In this document: one piece after another, positions 17,085-25,986 of the stretch
Layout of the letters: the number at the start of each line of letters is the position of its first letter
Position numbering within the stretch: position 1 is the first letter of the stretch
NCBI GenBank assembly: GCA_038893495.1
Contig: JAWARJ010000001.1
Location: 1,011,824-1,043,823, forward strand
From: Thermoproteus sp.
GTDB lineage: Archaea > Thermoproteota > Thermoprotei > Thermoproteales > Thermoproteaceae
Direction: 5' to 3'
DNA length: 32,000 bases
Program-made: the position numbers and the translations under genes
Notes under the pieces: generated by a model
The model's input: the letters and a program-made list of their open reading frames with translations, nothing else
Told to the model about the DNA's origin: nothing
Database searches by the model: none

Positions 17085-17978
17085 GTGTTCCCCCTGGAGC
17101 TATTAGCCGAGAGGGTAATACAGCCGCTGAAGGGACTTCTAGCGCACGAACTGGCCTCAAGGGGGTTCTCGCAAGGCAGGATAGGCCAGACCCTAGGCAT
17201 ATCGCAGCCAGCCGTCAGTGCGTATTTGAGGGTGGGGAGAGATCAGTACGAGAAGAGACTTCTAGAGGTGGGCATATCTAGAGAGGAGATCGGCAGGGTT
17301 CTAGACGTAGTGACCACAGCGGTGGAGCAAGGAAATTACGCCGAGGCTGTCGAGTATATTAACGACTTCGCCCTATCGCTGTTGGCCTCTTTGAGACTCT
17401 GCGAGGTGCACAGATCTATAACTCCTCACCTAAAGGACTGCGAGGTATGTAAAAATATAGCTATATCAAATGAAGTAAAAAATAAAATAATGTTAAGTTT
17501 TAATATCCTTAGAAATAATAAGAGCGTAGTTGGGCTGGTTCCGAGAGTCTTAATGAACATCGTAGAGCTAAGCGGGGAGGGGCCTATCGGCTTCCCCGGC
17601 AGGATTTCGGCTGTGGGCAATACTCTAGTGGTCTCGTCGGAGCCGCAGCTATGGGGGAGCCGATTTTTGGGCAGGCTGATATTAGACGTAAATAAGATAT
17701 ATAAGGATATAAAGGCTGTCATAAATATAAAATATAGTAAAGAACTAATAGATTGTTTAAAGAAGATTAATTATAAATATACAGTTGTAGGTCCCAGCAA
17801 TACGGAAGAGGAGAGCATAAAGAACATAGTCTCCGCCATGTCTTCACAGCGATATGACGTAGTCCTCGACGAGGGCGGCGTCGGGATAGAGGCCAACGCA
17901 TATGTGTTCGGCTTCGATGCGCCCGACGTTGCGGCTAAAGTGGTCAGATTGGCTCAATGTGTGTCTGAAGGCCGTTAG
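17085..17978 (+). CDS. HTH + ThiN-domain protein (ThiR-like thiamine-responsive regulator candidate)
   Basis: N-terminal HTH (GFSQGRIGQTLGISQPAVSAYLR). The C-terminal domain matches ThiN-domain patterns (LVPRVLMNIVE, FPGRISAVG, WGSRFLGRLIL, AVINIKYS, DEGGVGIEANAYVFGFDAPDVAAKV). The GTG start lies ~23 nt from the TATA centre. Confidence 0.6.
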   Translation: MFPLELLAERVIQPLKGLLAHELASRGFSQGRIGQTLGISQPAVSAYLRVGRDQYEKRLLEVGISREEIGRVLDVVTTAVEQGNYAEAVEYINDFALSLLASLRLCEVHRSITPHLKDCEVCKNIAISNEVKNKIMLSFNILRNNKSVVGLVPRVLMNIVELSGEGPIGFPGRISAVGNTLVVSSEPQLWGSRFLGRLILDVNKIYKDIKAVINIKYSKELIDCLKKINYKYTVVGPSNTEEESIKNIVSAMSSQRYDVVLDEGGVGIEANAYVFGFDAPDVAAKVVRLAQCVSEGR

Positions 17979-18025
17979 AGCCGGCAACGTCTGGAAAGTT
18001 TTTAAGAGCCCATCTTACCCCCCAC

Positions 18026-19612
18026 GTGACCATTACCTACTCCTACGAGGCGCTTCCTGTAGCTGAATGGTTTAGGAGGAATAAGGAGATAGCGGGCTTC
18101 CAGAACCCCGCCAGGGCGTTGTACCAGACCGTGAGGGAGCTCGTTGAGAACAGCCTGGACGCCACAGAGCCTTACGGCATATTGCCCAACATCACCATAT
18201 CGATAAAGCCGTTTGATGAGTCTAAAAGTTGGTTCTCTATATATGTAGAGGATAATGGCGTCGGGATACCCGGCCACGAGATACCGAACGTCTTCGGGCG
18301 GGTCTTCTACAGCTCTAAGTATAAGATCAAACAGCATAGAGGGGTCTTCGGCCTGGGCCTCAAGATGGTCGTCCTGTACGCACAGAGCACGACTAACAGA
18401 CCCCTCTCGGTCAGATCCGCCACGGTTAAGTCGGACAAAATATATGAATATAAATTGATGATTGATACAACTAAGAATGAACCTATTATAGTAGATGTTA
18501 AAGAATATGATAATAAATATAGATGGCACGGCACTGCGGTCAAAGTCGTCATAGAGGGCAATTGGTTGAACTCCAAGAAGAGGGTGGAGGAGTACCTCAA
18601 GAGGACCGCCATAATTTCTCCCTACGCCGAAATATACTTCAAGGGGCCCGACATGGAGATGTTGTTGAAACGTAGGACTATAAGGATGCCCTCCCCGCCT
18701 AAGGAGGGCCTCCCGCACCCGAAGAGCGTAGACGTCGATACGGTAAAGCAGATGATAGCCGAGAGCCCCAAGTCAACCGTGGCGGAGTTCCTCATGAATA
18801 ACTTCGATGGAGTCGGCGAGGGGCTCGCCAAATCGTTTTCTGAATGGGCCGGCCTAGACCCGAACAGGCCCGTAGGCTCTCTAAGCCAAGAGGAGATAGT
18901 TCTACTCGTGGAGAAGATGAAGGCGTATGAGGGGTGGAGGCGGCCGAGGGCCGAATGGCTCTCCCCCGCCGGCCCTGAGTTGCTCGAGGTGGGAGCCAAG
19001 TCCATATTGAACGCCGAGGCTGTCTTCGCGGTTACGCGGAAGCCGAGTAGCTATTCGGGCCACCCCTTCATAATAGAGGCGGCGATAGCTTGGGGCGGCC
19101 AGATAGTCCCGGTCGAAAAGCCCATTTTGCTTAGATATGCCAACAAGATACCGCTACTCTACGACGAGGGGGCCGACGTGGCCAGGAAAGTGGTCGATGA
19201 GTTCAACTGGCAGAACTACAAGGTGAAGTTCCCCGCACCGCTCGCCGTGATTATACATATATGTTCGACAAAGGTGCCGTACGCCTCTGCGGGGAAGGAG
19301 GCGATAGCCGAAATTCAGGAGATAGAGGACGAGATGAGGCTGGCGTTGAGGGATGCGGCGAGGAAATTGAGGATATACCTCTCCAGAAAGGAGCGGGAGC
19401 TGGAGCTGTTGAATAAATACGTCTCTCTAGCGAAATATGTCGACGAAATCGCGACGGCTCTTAACGGCATAACCAACATAGATAAGGAGAAGATTTCCAA
19501 GTCCCTATATAGGCTTATAGAGAAGAAATTGGGCACCACCGTAGAGGAGATAGCAAAACATGTGGCGTCTATGGCCGTAAGCCAGGAGGGCGTGGAGCAA
19601 CAGGCCGCGTGA
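18026..19612 (+). CDS. top6B: DNA topoisomerase VI subunit B
   Basis: GHKL Bergerat fold (RELVENSLDA, DNGVGIP, GVFGLGLK). 528 aa. It overlaps top6A by 4 nt. Confidence 0.95.
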   Translation: MTITYSYEALPVAEWFRRNKEIAGFQNPARALYQTVRELVENSLDATEPYGILPNITISIKPFDESKSWFSIYVEDNGVGIPGHEIPNVFGRVFYSSKYKIKQHRGVFGLGLKMVVLYAQSTTNRPLSVRSATVKSDKIYEYKLMIDTTKNEPIIVDVKEYDNKYRWHGTAVKVVIEGNWLNSKKRVEEYLKRTAIISPYAEIYFKGPDMEMLLKRRTIRMPSPPKEGLPHPKSVDVDTVKQMIAESPKSTVAEFLMNNFDGVGEGLAKSFSEWAGLDPNRPVGSLSQEEIVLLVEKMKAYEGWRRPRAEWLSPAGPELLEVGAKSILNAEAVFAVTRKPSSYSGHPFIIEAAIAWGGQIVPVEKPILLRYANKIPLLYDEGADVARKVVDEFNWQNYKVKFPAPLAVIIHICSTKVPYASAGKEAIAEIQEIEDEMRLALRDAARKLRIYLSRKERELELLNKYVSLAKYVDEIATALNGITNIDKEKISKSLYRLIEKKLGTTVEEIAKHVASMAVSQEGVEQQAA

Positions 19613-20715
19613 CTATGTCGCGCGCCGAATTCCTCTCTAAGCTCGAGGAGTGGGCCAAGAGCATAACGGAAGATATATTGAGCCTTAGGGAGCCCGTCTT
19701 GGAGATACCGTCCAGGACGCTCTCAAATACAATCTGGGACGAGAAGAACAGGATATTGAAGCTAGGGCCTGAGAAGATACACCGTCGGTTCCTCGACGTA
19801 AAGGAGTCTAGGCGCTTCATGCAGACAATGTTGATGTTGAGACTTATAGTGGACGCCATAAGGGCCGACGTCTATCCGACTATACGTGACCTCTATTATA
19901 ACGGCAAACACACGATTATCTTCAAGGACTTCTTGGGGAGGACCCATAGAGAGAACACTTGGGATGAACAAGCCGAGTCCAACGGAGTTATAGAGGACAT
20001 AGAAGTTGCGACAAACGTTCTTAGGGAGGAGATGGGGATAAGCGCCGACGTCAAGGGCAAGGTCGTGGGCCCCATAGTAGTTAGGTCTCAGGGATATGAA
20101 CTCGACGCCAGTAAGTTCGGCGAGACGGCGTTGAGCCTGCCCGTCAATGTGGACGCCCTCGAGATAGTTAAAGTCGAGGCCGCCTACGTTTTGGTGATAG
20201 AGAAGGACGCTATATTTCAGAGGTTGGTCAGAGAGAAGTTCTGGTCGCAGGAAAACGCGATATTGATAACCGCTAAGGGCATGCCCGACAGAGCCACTAG
20301 GAGGTTCGTCAAGAGGCTTAACGAAGAATATAAACTGCCCGTATACGTGTTGACCGACGGCGATCCCTACGGGATCTATATATATTCAGTATATAAGAGC
20401 GGCTCCATAAAGCTGAGCTATGAAAGCGAGAGGTTGGCGACGCCTAAGGCGAAGTTCTTAGGGGTGGCGCCTCTAGATATAGAGAGGTATAAGATACCGG
20501 ACCAGTTCGTGATCAGGGCGACGGATAGAGACATAAAGAGGGCGCAGGAGCTGTTGAAATATCCGTGGTTCCAAAACGACATATGGAGGAAAGAACTTGA
20601 ATACTTCTTAAAGACCAAGAAGAAGGTAGAAATAGAGGCTCTTTCGGCTCATGGACTGAAGTATTTACATGATTACATTAAAGATAAAATAAAAGGAAAT
20701 AAATTTATTGATTAA
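19609..20715 (+). CDS. top6A: DNA topoisomerase VI subunit A (Spo11 homologue)
   Basis: 368 aa. Toprim region (VLVIEKDAIFQRL, LTDGDPYGIYI) and a 5Y-CAP region (TIRDLYYNG). Confidence 0.95.
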   Translation: MTMSRAEFLSKLEEWAKSITEDILSLREPVLEIPSRTLSNTIWDEKNRILKLGPEKIHRRFLDVKESRRFMQTMLMLRLIVDAIRADVYPTIRDLYYNGKHTIIFKDFLGRTHRENTWDEQAESNGVIEDIEVATNVLREEMGISADVKGKVVGPIVVRSQGYELDASKFGETALSLPVNVDALEIVKVEAAYVLVIEKDAIFQRLVREKFWSQENAILITAKGMPDRATRRFVKRLNEEYKLPVYVLTDGDPYGIYIYSVYKSGSIKLSYESERLATPKAKFLGVAPLDIERYKIPDQFVIRATDRDIKRAQELLKYPWFQNDIWRKELEYFLKTKKKVEIEALSAHGLKYLHDYIKDKIKGNKFID

Positions 20716-20829
20716 AATATTATATTTGTATATAATTCTTATTCATTATAAATATAATAAAAATTTTATATATATCCAGAGGGGCGGTATATGCAATAAA
20801 TAGTTATATATAGGTCTCAAGATAACGTC

Positions 20830-21837
20830 ATGGAAGGCGAGGTCCGTAAGGTTCAGCTCACGGGCGGAGCCACCCTCATAGTCAGCCTCCCTAAGGAGTG
20901 GGCTCGACGAACCAACTTATCGCCGGGAGATGAAGTCCTCATAGTGCCTCAGCCCGACAACACGCTGGTTTTAATACCGCGGAAGTTGGGCAAGCGCGCC
21001 TCTCTGACTGTGGAGTTGAATGTAGACGACAAAATGTCCGTTGAGGAGCTAGAGAAGGTCTTCATGGCGGTCTATATAGCTGGCGCCGAGGTCATATCCG
21101 TTAAGTTCGCCCCTGGGGCTACCCAATATAGGAAGCACCTAAAGGACTTCGTCAGGAGGAGGGTTATAGATATGGAGATAACAGAGGAGTCCAGCGACAG
21201 ACTCGTCATACAGGCGATGGTCTCCGCCACGGAGCTTGCAGTAAAAGACGTCACGGTCAAGATGTTGAAGCTGGCCGACAACATGTTGGCGGACCTCATA
21301 AGAGGTCTAGAGGCCGACAACATGGAGCTCCTAAAGGACGTAGCCGAGAGGGACGACGAGGTAGACAGACTGTACTGGCTTATTGAGCGCCAACTCAAAA
21401 GGGCGGCCATGTCCCGCTACATAATGTTGGAGTTGAAGGTGGAGGATCCCCGCGATCTAGTTGAATACACAATAATAGCCAAATCCATAGAGAGGATTGC
21501 CGACCACATATGTAAAATAGCCTATATCAACCAGGAGGAGAAGATAGACTTGAGGGTCGTCAAGCCCATCTTGGAGAGGGCGATTGAATATATGGGAGCC
21601 GTGCTGGACGCCCTTAGCGGTAGCCTGGACGACGCGAAGCTGACGTGGCTCTACAGGGAGGTGAGCGAGTGGGCGCTAAAAATACGTAAAGAGGGCATAC
21701 CGTCAGATCCGGCTACCTCTCTAGCTAAAGACAGCGCCATAAGGATAAATGAATACATAGGTGACATCTTGGAATCTCTCCTACATATAAGGCTTAAGAC
21801 CTTCCAAAAGTTGGGCGAAGGGGCTCAACTACAATAG
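20830..21837 (+). CDS. AbrB/SpoVT-domain + PhoU-domain phosphate uptake regulator homologue
   Basis: N-terminal swapped-hairpin domain (VQLTGGATLIVSLPKEWARRTNLSPGDEV) and a PhoU-like helical repeat (ERDDEVDRLYWLIERQ; IAKSIERIADHICKIA). Confidence 0.85.
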   Translation: MEGEVRKVQLTGGATLIVSLPKEWARRTNLSPGDEVLIVPQPDNTLVLIPRKLGKRASLTVELNVDDKMSVEELEKVFMAVYIAGAEVISVKFAPGATQYRKHLKDFVRRRVIDMEITEESSDRLVIQAMVSATELAVKDVTVKMLKLADNMLADLIRGLEADNMELLKDVAERDDEVDRLYWLIERQLKRAAMSRYIMLELKVEDPRDLVEYTIIAKSIERIADHICKIAYINQEEKIDLRVVKPILERAIEYMGAVLDALSGSLDDAKLTWLYREVSEWALKIRKEGIPSDPATSLAKDSAIRINEYIGDILESLLHIRLKTFQKLGEGAQLQ

Positions 21838-22318
21838 AGATAATATCCTCAAAGAAGTAATGAAATATTTCTTTATATATAACACGACCCAACACGTTGA
21901 GGGCCTCCTCCACGAAGTCGGCCCTGCCCAAGCTACTAAACGTTAGTACCAACACCTCGGGCCTGTAGGCGGAGGCCCACCTCAACACATTATTAACGAG
22001 ACCGTAGTCGTATATAGCGACGGCCTCCCAATCTGTAGGCGGCTCCTCCGGAGGTAGATACGGGAGGTTGCTCACCACGAGGTCGGCTCTCGATATGGCC
22101 GAAAGCCCGTGGGTGCAGACGACATCATGTCTTTTACATGTAGAACATGCATATGGATTTATGTCTACGGCGACTACCTCCCTACAGAGTTCTCTCAACT
22201 TGTCGGAAAGGATACACGAGCCCGCCCCTACATCAACACATATATTGAAATTTCTATTTAGTTTAGAAAGTACCTTTAAAGTTAATATGCTATCTTCTCC
22301 CGGACTATATATATACAT
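21794..22318 (-). CDS. HemK/Mtq2-like SAM-dependent methyltransferase
   Basis: IYSPGEDSILTL N-terminus, SAM motif VDVGAGSCIL, and NLPY (an NPPY variant). 174 aa. Its 3' end converges on and overlaps the PhoU-like gene by 44 nt. Confidence 0.75.
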   Translation of the reverse strand: MYIYSPGEDSILTLKVLSKLNRNFNICVDVGAGSCILSDKLRELCREVVAVDINPYACSTCKRHDVVCTHGLSAISRADLVVSNLPYLPPEEPPTDWEAVAIYDYGLVNNVLRWASAYRPEVLVLTFSSLGRADFVEEALNVLGRVIYKEIFHYFFEDIISIVVEPLRPTFGRS

Positions 22319-23123
22319 GCAACACTAAATAAATTAATATAGGAAATACAAACATGCCGGATAGATATGCTAGCAACGTAGTTTCGTATTTAGAGCCTAC
22401 GTCGTATGACGTCGTAGTGGCGAGAGTGCCGCACGTCAAGAGCAACAACACGAACTTGAGGGCATAGTCGACGTTGTAGTTCCCTATAGAGGCGGAAATC
22501 GGGGGGTATATCAACAACGGAAATAAGCCTAGGATTGTATGTACTATATCGACTCTTCTACCAGATAGAAAATAAACTAATAATAATATTGATATTAATG
22601 ATATTATAGAGCTAAGAATAATAATAAAAATGTTATTAAACATATCAGTATATATAACGCCCACCAGGGCCTCTCTCGAGAGGTATACAGAGACGATCCA
22701 CGTGGCGAGGAGCAACGCCGCCGTTATTTTCAGATGAGGCGACGCCAACATGGCCACGATGAATGGCCTCAAGCCTAGGACCTCAAGCACTGAGAGCTCT
22801 CTCAGAGGCCCCACCGAGGACAGAATGGAGGCGATCTTGGCGCCTTTATCTGTGAGCTCAACTACGTTGCCGTCCCTCCTCACGAGGCCCAAGGCCTCGA
22901 GCGCCGAGATGTCGAATAGCAGAGCTGACGCCGAAACGCCCAGCCTATCTTTAAGTCTATTCAGCGTGGCGGGGCCCTCGCTGTAGAGCAACAACAAGAC
23001 CTCCCGCCGTCTGCCATAAGCGACTTTATATATTAAATTCTCCACGACGTAGGGGAAGCCCGTGTTTTTAAGGGTATGCCGATTGCCGCCAATGGAGTAA
23101 TCTTTAAAAAAGGGTATTAGCAT
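22305..23123 (-). CDS. Winged-HTH (ArsR-like) domain fused to a polytopic membrane domain
   Basis: RREVLLLLYSEGPATLNRLKDRLGVSASALLFDISALEALGLVRRDG is a wHTH. It is followed by about five hydrophobic helices. The exact start is uncertain because the alba TATA lies within its first codons. Confidence 0.65.
   Translation of the reverse strand: MLIPFFKDYSIGGNRHTLKNTGFPYVVENLIYKVAYGRRREVLLLLYSEGPATLNRLKDRLGVSASALLFDISALEALGLVRRDGNVVELTDKGAKIASILSSVGPLRELSVLEVLGLRPFIVAMLASPHLKITAALLLATWIVSVYLSREALVGVIYTDMFNNIFIIILSSIISLISILLLVYFLSGRRVDIVHTILGLFPLLIYPPISASIGNYNVDYALKFVLLLLTCGTLATTTSYDVGSKYETTLLAYLSGMFVFPILIYLVLHVYI
23102..23113 (+). promoter_or_regulatory. alba TATA box
   Basis: CTTTAAAAAAGG is centred ~25 nt upstream of the alba ATG (23132), suggesting a leaderless mRNA. 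It lies inside the first codons of the divergent ORF 22305..23123. Confidence 0.5.
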
Positions 23124-23131
23124 GGCGGTTC

Positions 23132-23413
23132 ATGGCAGCAACAGAACAAACAATACTGGTGGGCAAAAAACCCACTACGAACTACATAATAGCGACGGTG
23201 ATGGCGTTCAACGCCGGCACTAAGAAGGTCATATTGAAGGCCAGAGGAGCCGCTATTTCGAAGGCGGTGGCGGCTGCTGTCATGGTCCGCGATAGGTTCC
23301 TGCCGGGCAAGGTGCAGATAAAGGACGTCAAACTGCTCAGCGACAAGGTACAGGGCCAGGGCGGTAGGGAGCGCACCGTCGCCGCCGTCGAGGTAGTCCT
23401 CGAAATGGCGTAA
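23132..23413 (+). CDS. albA: DNA/RNA-binding chromatin protein Alba
   Basis: ILVGKKPTTNYIIATVMAFNAGTKKVILKARGAAISKAVAAAVMVRDRF; 93 aa. Confidence 0.95.
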   Translation: MAATEQTILVGKKPTTNYIIATVMAFNAGTKKVILKARGAAISKAVAAAVMVRDRFLPGKVQIKDVKLLSDKVQGQGGRERTVAAVEVVLEMA

Positions 23414-23419
23414 TTTTTT
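23414..23419 (+). terminator. Oligo-T terminator after alba
   Basis: A T6 run follows directly after the TAA stop (23411-23413). Archaeal termination typically occurs at oligo-T tracts. Confidence 0.5.
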
Positions 23420-23430
23420 AGAGAGATATA

Positions 23431-23459
23431 GGCGGGCCGGAGCCATCTCGGCGCCCGCC
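23431..23459 (+). other. GC-rich hairpin in the alba 3' region
   Basis: GGCGGGC...GCCCGCC forms 7 perfect outer base pairs. Inner pairs GAG/CTC surround a CCAT loop. Confidence 0.4.
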
Positions 23460-23511
23460 GCTTGTCTCCACGTTTTGGGATAAGTTTAATTACCGGCAAA
23501 ATGAGAGGGAC

Positions 23512-23847
23512 GTGGTCGTCGTAAAGGGCGTTGTGGTGAGCAAACAGTTGGTGACAGACCCCACGGGCATCCGCTACATCAAGATCGACGTAGTCGAGGA
23601 GAAGGACATCCCGGGCCCCCTCATAATGTCCACGCCGGACGAACAAGCGGCGCAAATGGCTAGAGAAATCATGCCCCTTGTGTCCCAAATAGTTAAGTCC
23701 CTGCCGTTCTCTCTAAACAAAATAGCAGTGCCGCGTTTGACCATATGGCTGACCGACGAAGAGGCCGAATCTCTCGGCGAGATCGACGTAGGCGACAACG
23801 TGGATATAGAGATAGAACAAGGGGCAATAAAGATAAGACCGAGTTGA
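23512..23847 (+). CDS. rkd-1: Arcadin-1 candidate (small protein immediately upstream of crenactin)
   Basis: 111 aa with a GTG start ~25 nt after the TATA-like AAGTTTAATTA, 13 nt upstream of crenactin. The assignment rests on position in the Arcade cluster only, not on sequence recognition. Confidence 0.5.
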   Translation: MVVVKGVVVSKQLVTDPTGIRYIKIDVVEEKDIPGPLIMSTPDEQAAQMAREIMPLVSQIVKSLPFSLNKIAVPRLTIWLTDEEAESLGEIDVGDNVDIEIEQGAIKIRPS

Positions 23848-23851
23848 TTGA

Positions 23852-25775
<1,924 letters not shown>

Positions 25776-25782
25776 CGATGCG

Positions 25783-25790
25783 AATATAAA
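25783..25790 (+). promoter_or_regulatory. TATA-like element upstream of the 58-aa ORF and arcadin-4
   Basis: AATATAAA lies ~23 nt upstream of GTG 25810, in the 34-nt gap after arcadin-2. Confidence 0.4.
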
Positions 25791-25809
25791 CTGCGGTTCA
25801 TATATTGTT

Positions 25810-25986
25810 GTGGATCTCTTTAAGATAGTAGAGGAAGAAGTGAGGAGGGGCCTTGAGGGCTCCGACGTTGAGATAGTCCTGAGCCTAATAGAGGCGTACA
25901 GGTCCTCGGGCCCGAAGGGCGCTAGGGACAAACTGAGAGAAATACTCTCACGATGGGGAGTAGATGTGGGCGATATCGAGGATTAA
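25810..25986 (+). CDS. Untracked 58-aa ORF inside the Arcade cluster
   Basis: Manual translation gives VDLFKIVEEEVRRGLEGSDVEIVLSLIEAYRSSGPKGARDKLREILSRWGVDVGDIED*. The GTG is ~23 nt from the centre of the TATA-like AATATAAA (25783-25790). Codon usage is typical (AGG, ATA, GAG). It overlaps the arcadin-4 start by 23 nt and is below the track's length cut-off. Confidence 0.45.
   Translation: MDLFKIVEEEVRRGLEGSDVEIVLSLIEAYRSSGPKGARDKLREILSRWGVDVGDIED

Noticed and set aside
17015-17200. N-terminal extension of the ATPase ORF to ATG 17200
   Set aside because: The extension overlaps the HTH-coding 5' end of the divergent gene and crosses the shared TATA box. Its translation (MPRVWPILPCENPLEASSCARSPF...) is not protein-like.
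18002-18718. 238-aa minus-strand ORF (plus 18307..18612 and 18622..19005) opposite top6B
   Set aside because: It is fully antisense to a firmly identified Topo VI-B gene. The product is low-complexity and non-protein-like, a typical shadow ORF of GC-rich coding sequence.
20716-20829. Very AT-rich 114-nt intergenic region after top6A, considered as a replication origin or ncRNA
   Set aside because: It is too short and has no recognisable ORB-like inverted repeats or adjacent cdc6/orc1 gene. It is adequately explained as the top6A terminator plus the PhoU-like gene promoter, and it is continuous with the general AT-island phenomenon.
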